Below, piece by piece: positions 49,009-60,690 of a stretch of 64,000 nt of DNA; positions within the stretch are counted from its first letter, which is position 1, and the number at the start of each line of letters is the position of its first letter. This DNA comes from Mobula hypostoma (Eukaryota). The translations under genes and the position numbers were made by a program. The stretch spans positions 108,998,001 to 109,062,000 of the forward strand of contig NC_086097.1 in the NCBI RefSeq assembly GCF_963921235.1, read 5' to 3'. The notes below the pieces were generated by a model. It was not told where the DNA came from and made no database searches. It was given only the letters and a program-made list of their open reading frames with translations.

Positions 49009-49532
49009 TAAAATGTGTCTATCCACGGCCTCCTCTACTGTAAAGATGAAGCCACACTCAGGTTGGAGGAACAACACCTTATATTCCGTCTGGGTAGCCT
49101 CCAACCTGATGGCATGAACATCGACTTCTCTAACTTCCGCTAATGCCCCACCTCCCCCTCGTACCCCATCTGTTACTTATTTTTATACACACATTCTTTC
49201 TCTCACTCTCCTTTTTCTCCCTCTGTCCCTCTGAATATACCCCTTGCCCATCCTCTGGGTTCCCCCCCCTTGTCTTTCTTCCCGGACCTCCTGTCCCATG
49301 ATCCTCTCGTATCCCTTTTGCCTATCACCTGTCCAGCTCTTGGCTCCATCCCTCCCCCTCCTGTCTTCTCCTATCATTTTGGATCTCCCCCTCCCCCTCC
49401 CACTTTCAAATCTCTTACTAGCTCTTCCTTCAGTTAGTCCTGACGTAGGGTCTCGGCCTGAAATGTCGACTGTACCTCTTCCTAGAGATGCTGCCTGGCC
49501 TACTGCGTTCACCAGCAACTTTGATGTGTGTT
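49009..49532 (+). mobile_element. Penelope-like element 3' fragment inserted in Gypsy gag
   Basis: Exact 14-bp TSD cattcaagatgagt (48995-49008 and 49533-49546); encodes RLEEQHLIFRLGSLQPDGMNIDFSNFR* (GIY-YIG C-terminus); hammerhead motif at 49436-49471. Confidence 0.9.
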
Positions 49533-49696
49533 CATTCAAGATGAGTGCTGGTTTTACTGAACACTTTAGGTGGAAAGTCATACAGTTTGTTCAGAAGTTT
49601 GAGTGGACTTCCTGCTGACTATGGATGGAATAACAGCATTTTATAGCTGCTCCTAGTTTACTTTACTTTTCTTACGTTCCAACCTGATCTGACACT

Positions 49697-50572
49697 ATGA
49701 CTACAAGAACTACTAAAGGTAAAAAAGAAGAAGGTTCTTCTACATCTTTGGATTCTATTATCGAATTGCTGCAGAAGCACAGAAAAGAAGTGTCCGACGA
49801 ATTTCAGCAATTCAGAAAAGAATTCTCCAAGGAATTTCAGTGATTTAAAATGGAATCCTCCAAAGAGTTTTAACAACTTGGCTCTGAAATTAAACAATTA
49901 AGTACAAAACTGGATTCTATTCAAGAAACCTTAACTGAGCACGATAAACAAATAAAAGAGAATGAAGAATTCTTGTCGATTCTGGATGAGAAAATGGACG
50001 ACCTGCAAAAGCGTTATGAAAAACAATCCAAGGTTAACGACGAACTAAGACAGAAGATTACTGATTTAGAAAACAGAAGTAGAAGGAACAACGTACGAAT
50101 TCTTGGTCTCGAAGAGTTAACTGAAGGTGATCATCCTACGGAATATTTTGCAAACATTTTTGTTCAGTTATTTCCTGATATTTTAAAATTGACACCAATG
50201 ATCGACCAAGCGCACAGAGTACCTGGGAACAGAATGTTTGCAAGCAAACCTCGTTCAGTAATAATCTGTTTTCATGAGTTTCAAACAACGGACCGTATAA
50301 TCCGAGAATCTCGTTGGAAAGGTATGATTGATTATAATGGTAAGAAGATTAGAATTGTTGAAGATTTCTCGGCAGAGATGATGAGGGTGCGTGCTAAATT
50401 TAAAAGCGTCATGTCGGAGCTCTACAACAAGGATGTTAAACCTTCTCTACGGTATCCAGTGAAGCTCAGAATTACACTGCAGGATGGATTGCAGGAATGG
50501 TTCCATTCGAGTCTCCAGGCCCAGAATTTTAGAGTCAGTAAAGTGATTGCTTATTATTTGTTACATGAATAA
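49697..50572 (+). pseudogene. L1 ORF1p (coiled coil, RRM, CTD) with two premature stops
   Basis: ATG at 49697 is in frame with ORF 49973-50572 (DLENRSRRNNVRILGLEE..IDQAHRV..PRSVII..IRIVEDFS); TGA and TAA interrupt the N-terminal coiled coil. Confidence 0.85.
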
Positions 50573-50690
50573 CTGTCTATTTTATCTTTGCTAAACTTTG
50601 TACTTAACTCTTACTTTTTGAACTTTTTGAGGCTTTATTTTGAGAATAAGACTTTAATGTGCTAATACTTTGCTAATTTTAAAAGTGTCA

Positions 50691-52986
50691 TGTCAACTTG
50701 ATCATGGACAAGGATAGATTCAGCTTGATCATGGACAAGGATAGATTCAACTTGATCATGGACAAGGATAGATCTGGTCCTAGGGTTGAGGTTCTTAACT
50801 GGAAGAAGGCCAAATTTGAAGAAATGAGAAAGGATCTAAAATGCGTGGATTGGGACAGGTTGTTCTCTGGCAAGGATGTGATCGGTAGGTGGGAAACCTT
50901 CAAAGGAGAAATTTTGAGAGTGCAGAATTTGTATGTTCCTGTCACGATTAAAGGCAAAGTGAATAGGAATAAGGAACCTTGGTTCTCAAGGGATATTGCA
51001 ACTCTGATAAAGAAGAAGAGGGAGTTGTATGACATGTATAGGAAGCAGGGAGTAAATAAGGTGCTTGAGAAGTATAAGAAGTGCAAGAAAATACTTAAGA
51101 AAGAAATCAGGAGGGCTAAAAGAAGACATGAGGTTGCCTTGCAGTCAAAGTGAACGATAATCCAAAGAGCTTTTACGGGTATATTAAGAGCAAAAGGATT
51201 GTAAGGGATAAAATTGACCTCTTGAAGATCAGGGTGGTCGGCTATGTGCGGAACCAAAGGAAATGGGGGAGATCTTAAATAGGTTTTTTGCATCTGTATT
51301 TACTAAGGAAACTGGCATGGACTCTATGGAATTAAGAGAAACAAGTAGTGAGATCATGGAAATTGTACAGATCGAAAAGGAGGAGGTCCTTGCTGTCTTG
51401 AGGAAAATTAAAGTGGATAAATCCCTGGGACCTGATAGGATATTCCCTCGGACCTTGAAGGAGATTAGTGTTGAAATTGCGGGGGCCCTGGCAGAAATAA
51501 TTAAAATGTCGCTGTCTACAGGTGAGGTGCTGAAGGATTGGAGAGTGGCTCATGTTGTTCCGTTGTTTAAAAAAGGATCAAAAAGTAATCCGGGAAATTA
51601 TAGACCAGTAAGTTTAACGTCGGTAGTAGGTAAGATATTGGAGGGAGTATTAAGAGACAGAATCTACGAGCATTTGGATAGACAGGGACTTATTAGGGAG
51701 AGTCAACATGGCTTTGTGTGTGGTAGGTCATGTTTGACCAATCTATTGGAGTTTTTCGAGGAGGTTACCAGGAAAGTGGATGAAGGGAAGGCAGTGGATA
51801 TTGTCTACATGGACTTCAGTAAGGCCTTTGACAAGGTTCCGCATGGGAGGTTAATTAGGAAAATTCAGTCGCTAGGTATACATGGAGAGGCGGTAAATTG
51901 GATCAGACATTGGCTCAATGGAAGAAGCCAAAGAGTGGTAGTAGAGAATTGCTTCTCCGAGTGGAGGCCTGTGACTAGTGGTGTGCCACAGGGATCAGTG
52001 CTGGGTCAATTGTTATTTGTCATCTATATCAATGATCTGGATGATAATGTGGTAAATTGGATCAGCAAATTTGCTGATGATACAAAGATTGGAGGTGTAG
52101 TAGACAGTGAGGAAGGTTTTCAGAGCCTGCAGAGGGACTTGGACCAGCTGGAAAAATGGGCTGAAAAATGGCAGATGGAGTTTAATACAGACGAGTGTGA
52201 GTTATTGCACGTTGGAAGGACAAACCAAGGTAGAACATAATGGTAAGGCACTGAGGAGTGCAGTGGAACAGAGGGATCTGGGAATACAGATACAAAATTC
52301 CCTAAAAGTAGCATCACAGGTAGATAGGGTCATAAAGAGAGCTTTTGGTACATTGCTTTATTACTCAAAGTATTGAGTATAAGAGCTGGAATGTTATGAT
52401 GAGGTTGTTTAAGGCATTGGTGAGGCCGAATCTGGAGTATTGTGTTCAGTTTTGGTCACCAAATTACAGGAAGGATATTAATAAGGTTGAAAGAGTGCAG
52501 AGAAGGGTTACAAGGATGTTGCCGGGACTTGAGAAACTCAGTTACAGAGAAAGGTTGAATAGGTTAGGACTTTATTCCCTGGAGTGTAGAAGAATGAGGG
52601 GAGATTTGATAGAGGTATATAAAATTATGATGGGTATAGATAGAGTGAATGCAAGCGGGCTTTTTCCACTGAGGCAAGGGGAGAAAAAAACCAGAGGACA
52701 TGGGTTAAGGGTGAGGGGGGAAAAGTTTAAAGGGAACATTGGGGGGGGGCTTCTTCACACAGAGAGTGGTGGGAGTATGGAATGAGCTGCCAGACGAGGT
52801 GGTAAATGCAGGTTCTTTTTTAACATTTAAGAATAAATTGGACAGATACATGGATGGGAGGTGTATGGAGGGATATGGTCCGTGTGCAGGTCAGTGGGAC
52901 TAGGCAGAAAATGGTTTGGCACAGCCAAGAAGGGCCAAAAGGCCTGTTTCTCTGCTGTAGTTTCTATCGTTTCTATGGTTTCTATG
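50691..52986 (+). mobile_element. Relatively young 5'-truncated CR1 LINE
   Basis: Uninterrupted 325-aa RT ORF 51263-52240 (NYRPVSLTSVVGK, SQHGF, DFSKAFDKVPH, GVPQGSVLG, KFADDTK); 3' tail (gtttctat(c/g))n at 52960-52986; possible 4-bp TSD gtca. Confidence 0.95.
50693..50773 (+). repeat. 27-bp tandem triplication at the CR1 5' truncation point
   Basis: tca(a/g)cttgatcatggacaaggatagat at 50693, 50720 and 50747. Confidence 0.95.
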
Positions 52987-53470
52987 GTCAGAGCTGTTAA
53001 AACAAAAACTTACATGAATAATTGTGTATTTTGCCTCTGGTGAATCTTGTAGTCAATTCTCTTTTTGAACTTTTCAAAGTTTTACTTGGAGAATAAGATT
53101 TTAATGAGCTAATATTCTGTGTGTCCATATTATTTTATATTATACTTACTTTTCTAGAGTTCTTGATATCAGAATTAACCATTTCTTTTTTATCTGTTGT
53201 TCTGACTAGGTTGGAATATTTCTAACTTTGAAATTTATTTGGAGCTAAGCCAGCAGGATTTTTGGGGGGATGTTTCTATAGGTGTCGACTTTCTTTGGTC
53301 GACATTCTCTCTTTGGAAGGGGGAAGGGTGTTTGGGTTTTTTTTCTTGGAAGCTGTTTGGAATTCTTAGTCAAACCTGTTGCTTGGTTTCCTTATCTCAT
53401 AGGTTATTGTTTAGTTTTATTAATCTTCTTAAGGATTATCCTTTTAACTTTTCTTTTAAATAATGATAAA

Positions 53471-56400
53471 ATGGATTATAGTATTAATTTACTTACTCTT
53501 AATGTGAAAGGATTAAATTACCCTTTGAAACGAAATAAGATTTTTGTCTATATTAAAAAACTTCAAGTCCCAATTATTTTTTTTACAAGAAACCCACGTA
53601 TGCAATTCTGATAATTCATGCCTTTTTAGCTGATGGAGAGGATTCACTTTCATTCTTGCTTTCAGGCCAAATCTAGAGCAGTTTCGATTTTTGTAGAAAA
53701 TACAGTTCCCTTTGTTCAACACAATGTTGTTTCTGATACTAATGGGTGAAAGTATCAGGGAAATTAAAGAATAAATTGTTGGTAATGTTTTTGCTCCAAG
53801 TATAGATGATCCAGGATTCTTTGAGCTTTTTTTTTCTCTTGTTTCTGCCTGATCTGAGTTTGTACTCATTGGTGATGGCAGGAGACTTTAATTGCTGGTT
53901 AAATCAGTTTTAGATCAGTCTTCTTTTAAGCCAGTGGCACTTAATAAATCAGCCTTGTTTATTTATTCATTTCTAATGAAATGTGGTATTGTTGATATAT
54001 AGCATTTCTTATACCCAGCAGATAGAGGATAGTCATTTTTCTCTCATGTTCATCATACGTATTCCAGAATTGACTATTTTTTTTATTGATAACCAAGTGA
54101 TTCCATTAATTCAATCTTGTGAATATAAAGAGATTGCTATCTCTGACCATGCTCCTGTGCTTTTATCCATAAATTTTTCAGGTTTTCCTCAGACAAACAG
54201 ATTCTGGTGTTTTAATATAACTTTGTTATTTGACAAGGATTTCTTAAAGTTCTTGGAAAGGCAAATTACTCTCTTTTTTGAAGAGAATACGGTAGAGGAG
54301 ACTTCTAGCCTTGTCATATGGGATGCCTTTAAAGCATATATTGGAGGACAAATCATTTCTTATACTGCAAGTGTTAAGAAAAAAGCTAATAAAGTGAGAA
54401 TTAATTTAGCCAATCAGCTGAAACAATTCGATGAAGAATATGCTTTGACTTCAGATCCTGTTTTATATAAAAGATGGGTTGAAACTAAAACTAAATATGA
54501 CTTTTTATTAACATATCCTATTGAAACTAAGGGATAAAAAGTCAATTTCTTACTCATGGAGATAAAACAGGTAAATTATTGGCTAACCAAATTAAAAGTT
54601 CTAGTGCCAAATGACAGATTAAAGAAATTTATAAAGCAAATGATATTAAGACAACTGATCATTTAGAAATAAATGATACTTTTAGAGAATTTTATTCTAA
54701 ACTTTATAGTTCTGACCCTTTTAAAGATAATACTGTAATGGATAATTTTTTACACCAATTAAATATCCCTATGCTTTCTGTTGATAACCAACAACAGTTG
54801 GATCAATGTATTTCTCACAAAAAAATAGCCGAGCTGTACGCTCACTGTATTCAGGGAAAGCTCCAGGTCCTGATGGATTTTCTGGAGAATTTCATAAGGC
54901 TTTTTCTTTTTGTTTATACCTCATTTATGTTCAGTTTTTTTTCAGATTCCTTTACGCCAGGTAGGTTGCCGCAATCTTTTTACGAAGCTTCTGTTTTGCT
55001 TATCCTTAAAAAAAATAAGAACCCAACTGGATGTTCTTCATATAGACCAATTTCCTTACTTAATCTTGATGCTAAAATCCTATCTAAAGTTCTGGCCCAT
55101 AGGATGGAAAATATCTTGCCATCTAGCATTTCTGATGATCAGACTGGTTTTATTAAAAATCGATATTCTCACTTTAATTTTCATCAGTTATTAAATGTTA
55201 TCTCTTCCCCTTCGAAGGAGGTATCGGAGCATGTGATATCCTTAGAGCTGAGAAGGCTTTTGTTCGGGTTGAATGGCATTATTTATTTAAAAGATTAGAA
55301 AAATTTAATTTTGGGTTTAACTTTATTCAAAGGATTAAATTACTGTACTTATCTCCTTTTGCTCGGGTTTTTACTAATTCTCAGAATTCTAAACCATTTA
55401 AACCTCAACGTGGAACCAGACAAATTTGCCCTCTGAGTCCTTTGCTCTTTGATGTGGCCTTAGAACCTTTAGCTATTGCTTTTCAAGAATCTAATGATCA
55501 CTGGTATTTTACGGAAGGGTACTATCCACAAAGTTTCACTTTATGTGGATGACTTATTGCTTTACATTTCTAACTTTGAAACTTCATTACCTTCTGTGCT
55601 TTCTATACTCTCTTGTTTTAGTCAGTTTTCTGGATATAAATTGAACCTACACAAGAGTGAACTTTTTCCTTTGAATAATTCGGTATCAACTGATATTAAC
55701 CTTCCTTTTAAAATTGTAAGAAACCAATTCACTTATTTGGGTGTAACAATTACTAAGAATTATAAATACCTATTTAAAGAAAATTTTCTTACTTTATTAA
55801 ATTATATAAAAAGAACATTATCAAATTGCTCACCCCTTTTGTTATCATTGATTGGTCAAATTAATTCTATTAAAATGAATTTTTTTTGTAATTTATTTTT
55901 TATTGAAGTTTTACCTAAATTTACATGCCTCTTTCAAGCTTTACCCGTTTTTATTCCTAAATCCCTTTTTGACTCTCTGGACTCTATTTTATTCTCCTAT
56001 ATATGGAAAAATAAACGTCCTCAATTGAATAAAGCCCATCTCCAGAAAGTTAAAAAGAATGGAGGTTTAGCTTTACCAAATTTTAGGTTTTATTACTGGG
56101 CAGCTAATATGTGGAATCTCACGTATTGGTTATACTATATTAATCATGAGGACTGTCCCGGGTGGGTTTCTTTAGAAGCTAACTTGGTTAATAAATTTTC
56201 TATTATCTCTCTTTTGGGATCTTCAGTTCCTTTATCCTTAAGTAAGATAACTGAAAATGTGCTAGTCAAACATACTTTGAGGATTTGGATATAATTTAGA
56301 AAACACTTTGGTTTATTGAGATTCTCCATTTCTGGTCCCATTTTTAAAAATTATCTTTTTAAGCCTTCTATGACTGATGTAGATTTTAAACAATGGGAAG

Positions 56401-57245
56401 GATTGGGTATTACATGTTTCCAGGATCTGTTTGTTGGAGGAAGTCTTTCTTCATTCGAACAATCGTCAACTAAATATAGCTTACCAAAAACCCATTTTTT
56501 TCGGTACTTACCAATGAGGGATTTTCTGAGATCTCAATTATATACATTTCCTAATAGTCCTGATAAGAATGTATTAGATGAAATTATTAATATGAAATCA
56601 TTTTATAATGTTTCAATATCCAATACTTATGATATGTTGTTGGGAATGAGAAATGGTTCTTTAGACAGAATCAAAAATCTTTGAAAACAAGATTTACAGA
56701 CTTCAATTTCTGAAGAAACTTGGAATGAAATTTTTAAATTGGTTAATACTTCATCTTTATGTACTCGTCATTCCCTCCTACAATTTAAAGTGGTTCATAG
56801 GCTTATATGACCAAGGATAAGTTATGTCGTTTTATGTATCTCCCTACTGTGGTAGGTGTAACAATGGAGAAGCTTCATTTATTCATATACTTTGGACATG
56901 TCCAAGACTTGGACAATTTTGGAAGGAAGTATTCCAAAATTTTTCTGTACTCTTTAAAGTAAATTTTAAGCCTAATCCTTTGACTGCCCTATTTGGTATT
57001 GTTGGAAGGAAAGATATCATCTTGAAGACATCTGACTTGCACATTCTGACTTTTATCTGTCTTATAACTAGGAGGGTGCTTTTGTTTAATTGGATGGATG
57101 CTGTTCTGCCTAACCATGCTCAGTGGTTACGGGATGTTGTGGCATGCCTAAATTTAGAAAAGATTTGTTGTTCAATTTCTGAATCTAACCAAGATTTTCA
57201 AAATTTGTGGGGGCTGCTTTTAAATTATTTTCATAATCTCATTAA
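53471..57245 (+). pseudogene. L1 ORF2p (APE endonuclease, RT, Cys-rich C-terminus), frameshifted
   Basis: LLTLNVKGLN..KR; ISDHAP; SYRPISLLNLDAKILSK..DQTGF; VSLYVDDLLLY; GGLALPNF..YYWA; CGRC..HILWTCP. Confidence 0.9.
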
Positions 57246-59074
57246 AGTACAGAAGATGGTTAATAGCATATTTTATTATCTAATAAGGTGTTTTTTTCTT
57301 GTTTTTTCCCAAACAGCTTTGACTTTGGTAGTGGGTATAGATCTTTCTTTATTTTTATAAAACTGTTTATATTCTAATATACAAATTAATCTAATCTATT
57401 TGAATATAGAGTAAGGAGTTTGTTAATGTGATTCAATATACTGTACCTGGTATTATTACATTTTTTCTTTTGTTTTATAATATGTATTCTCTCGGACTCT
57501 GTATTCTTCTATATAGAAATCAATAAAAATATTGAAAAGAAAAGAAGTATGACCAGCAGAAATGAGTTTTGCTGATATCGTGAACGTAAAGCAGGAATAT
57601 TTAGAACCGATACTATTGTAGATTGTGGAATACTTTAGGTTTCATAAGCGTAATCAAAAGGAAGGTGAGTTAATCTTAGCCTATATGACTGAATTGAAGG
57701 GATTGTCTGAGCATTGTCAGTACAGTAATGGGTTTACATGCACTGAGGGCTGACTTAGTTTGTGGGTTCTTCAAGGAAGCATTCAAAAATGGGATCCTAA
57801 CTGAAGCAGAACTCACATTTAAAAGAGCAGTTGAAATCACTTTATCAAAGGAAACAGCAGCCAGAGACAGAATTGAGTTGCAGTCAGGAATGAAAGTGAG
57901 CGTGAACAAAATTGCAATGTATAAACAGAAACCTGCCTCACCAGACAGATTGTGTTATCATTGTGGCAGGGGATGAAATATACCAAACCCATGCAAGTTT
58001 AAGGGTGAAACTTGCAGAAAATGCAACAAAGTTGGGCATATACAGAGTGTGTGTTGGGAAGGCAAAAATAAATGGACTGTACATGGAAAAAAAAGTCAAG
58101 TTACAGTTTCAAAAAGAGCACAATGCATGCTGTTAATGAAAAATCTGATAATAATGAGAGTGACACAGGAATGGGTACCCTTGATTACAGAGTGAAAACT
58201 AAGAGGAAACAAGCAATATGGCTTACATCAGACGTGAGTGGCAAATTGGATACAGATTCCACACAATGAATTTGAATGGTATTTCAAAGGTATTGAACTG
58301 AAGTCTGAAAGTATCCAACTATGAACTTATACTGGAGAAAAATAATTCCTGTGGGAATGACAATTATAACACTGAAGTACAAAAACCAACAAGCCACATT
58401 TGGCTTGTATGTGGTAAAAACAGGAGGGCCAGAATTGTGGGGATGTGTTTGGCTGAGACAACTACAATTTGACTGGAGATCCATCCACCATGTGCCTGCC
58501 ACATCCTTTGCAATAGTCGACTCAAAACAAATGAGGAAAGGTACTGGATGATGGTATTGGAAAACACAACCTTAGCAAAGATAAAATAGTGTTAAATGGA
58601 AATGCCACACACAAGTTTTACAAAGCTCGTCCAGTTCCTTATAACATCTGTGATAGTCAGTGGCTAGATTGCATGAACCTGAAGGAATTCTTTCCAGGTT
58701 AGATTGGAGCCATTGGCCAATGGCAGAGGTCCCAGTAACCGAGAAGACTAGGTCTGTCGGCATCTGCGGTGATCTTACGGTCACTGTCAACCCAGTACTG
58801 AAGGTAGATCAATGCCTTCTGCCCAGGATGGAGGATATCTTTGCAAACCTTTCTGGAGGGAAACATTTAATGTACTGGCCTTCATCAGTCAGGGCGTTGA
58901 GCACTGGAGTTGGAGGCTACCCTCTCCTCCAACCTGAGAGTGGCCTCATAGAACATAGGATGTAGAACAGTACAGCACAGGAAAGGCCTTTCTGCCCACA
59001 ATATTATGCCAAACCAATTAAATTAGTAATCAAATCGCCAACTAAACTAATGTCTTCTGCCTATCCAATGACAG

Positions 59075-60690
59075 CATTATTCCACTTGGCAGTCGAGGAG
59101 GCCATGGAATGATATGTCGGAATGGGATGGGGATTGGAATTGTAATGGTTGGCCACCAGGAAATCTTGCTTGTTAAGGGCAGAGAGAAAGCCGGCTGGTG
59201 GCGTACTGGCATCAGCGCCGGACTTTGGAGTGAAGACTCCAAGTTCGAATCCAGCCGGCTCCCTTGCACGCTTTCCATCCGGGCTGGGTTGAGCGTCGAG
59301 CTATCAACTCAGCCTCGTAAAAATCAGAAAGCCTGCTAAAAAAAAAACGCCGATGACTCTACCCAGAGTAAAGGGCTTTCTTCTTCTTCAAGGACTGAGA
59401 GAAGGTGCTTGACAAAGCCATCCACCAATCTGCATGCGTCTCACCAATGTAGAGGATGCCACACCGAGAGCACCGGATACAGTAGATAACCCTGACAGAC
59501 TCGAGTGAGGAGATGAATTGCCAATTGGAACATTTTTCCACTTGTGGGGATAAGTGCCTGGAGTGAGATCAGTGGAGAGGGACAAATGGACAAAGGCATC
59601 AAAGAGGGAGCGATCCTTGCAAAAAATGAAGAGTTAGGGAGAGGTAAAGCTATGTTTGGTGGTTGGATCCTGTTGAAGATGGTGGCAGTTGCAGAGCATT
59701 ATGTGTTGGATATGGAAGCTCATGGGGTGGTATTTAAGGACAAGGGAACTCTCCCTGTTCAGGCAGCAAGAAGATGATTTAAGGACAGATGTTCAGGAAG
59801 TGAAGGAGATGTGGGTGATATCAGCATCAATGGTGGAGGAAGGGAAACCCTGCTGTTTGAAGAAAGAGGATTGACATGATACTCAGGAAAGGAAAGCCGC
59901 ATCTTGGGAACAGATGCAGTGGAGACGGAAGAACCGAGAAAAGGGAATGGCATTTTTACAAGTGACAGGTGGGAACAGGTATAGTCAAGGTAGCGGAAAG
60001 AGTTAGTTGGGTTATAAAAGATGTTAGCAGCCAGTCTGTCTCCAGTGAAGGGGACAGAAAGATTGATAAAGGGGAGAGAGGTGTCAGAAATGGACCAAGT
60101 GAATTTAAGGGTAGGGTGAAAGGTGGAGGCAAATTTGATGAAATTGATGAGCTCAGCATGGGTGCATGAAGCAGCACCAAAGCAGTTTCAATGTAGCATG
60201 GAAAGAGCTGGGGAATGTTAACATTGAAGACTTGGACCATGTAGCCAACAAAAAGGCAGGCATAGCTGGGGCCCATGTGGATGCCCATGGCTACACCTTG
60301 AGTTTGGAGAAAATGGGAGGAGACGAGAGAGGAATTGCTGAGTGTGATGATCAGTTCTGCTTTACGAAAGAGCTTTGCGGTGGAGGGAACAGCCTAGAAA
60401 GAAGCAGGGTGCTTAAAGGCATTCTTGATGGGTGATAGAAGTGTATAGGGACAAGACATCCATGGTGAAAATGAGGCAGTCAGGGCCAGGGAGTTGAAAG
60501 TTGTTGAAGGGATTGAGAGAGAATGTGAATTGTCGGGATGTCCAGTAGGTGGCAAGGGACTGACGGATGCAGTCGAGGTATGTATGCAGCCTCAAGTTCA
60601 ATGGCACAGGAGCAGGAAGAGGCAGAAAAATATGGGCCTACGCAGACAGTCAGGTTTGTGGAACAGAGATGCAATAAGGCATTGCTGAAA
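59075..60690 (-). mobile_element. Penelope-like element (RT and GIY-YIG), decayed
   Basis: LIFTMDVLSLYTSI (60413-60607), MGIHMGPSYACLFVGY (59956-60288), VIYCIRCSRCGILYIGET (59359-59541). Confidence 0.85.
59189..59389 (+). mobile_element. tRNA-derived SINE inserted in the PLE
   Basis: A box tggcgtactgg, B box agttcgaatcc (59242-59252), closing stem agccggctgg/ccagccggct, (TTC)n tail; TSD aagggcagagagaa (59175-59188) and aaggactgagagaa (59390-59403), 12/14. Confidence 0.8.

Larger units (their letters stand above)
49603..57542 (+). mobile_element. Full-length but disrupted L1-clade LINE (with a CR1 in the inter-ORF region)
   Basis: TSD agaagtttga (49593-49602) and agaagtatga (57543-57552); ORF1 plus ORF2 with EN, RT and C-terminal Cys/His motif; AATAAA at ~57522 then an A-rich end. 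Confidence 0.9.
48440..58868 (+). mobile_element. Ty3/Gypsy LTR retrotransposon (5' LTR, PBS, gag, PR, RT start), split by PLE and L1 insertions and 3'-truncated
   Basis: LTR ~48440-48672; PBS TGGCGACAAGGA (48676-48687, 11/12 to the tRNA-Ser(GCT) 3' end); gag YIGKID..ERIEQYFEENEI (~48895-48995), VLLNTLGGKSYSL (~49550-49600), PAEMSFADIV..FRFHKRNQKEGE (57553 on); CCHC CRKCNKVGHIQSVC; LDTDS; ICGDLTVTVNPVL..LPRMEDIFANLSGGK. Confidence 0.85.

Noticed and set aside
50693..50773. 27-bp repeats, and the 33-bp and 34-bp repeats at 21186 and 46691, as CRISPR arrays
   Set aside because: Head-to-tail with no unique spacers, embedded in LINE coding sequence, eukaryotic context, no cas genes.
51263..52240. 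325-aa ORF as a host gene or prokaryotic RT system (retron, DGR, group II intron)
   Set aside because: Motifs and flanks are those of a CR1 ORF2; neighbouring parts are frameshifted and end in a CR1 microsatellite tail.
59189..59260. A genuine tRNA gene
   Set aside because: The anticodon and T arms do not form a canonical cloverleaf; it is followed by a SINE body and tail and flanked by a TSD.
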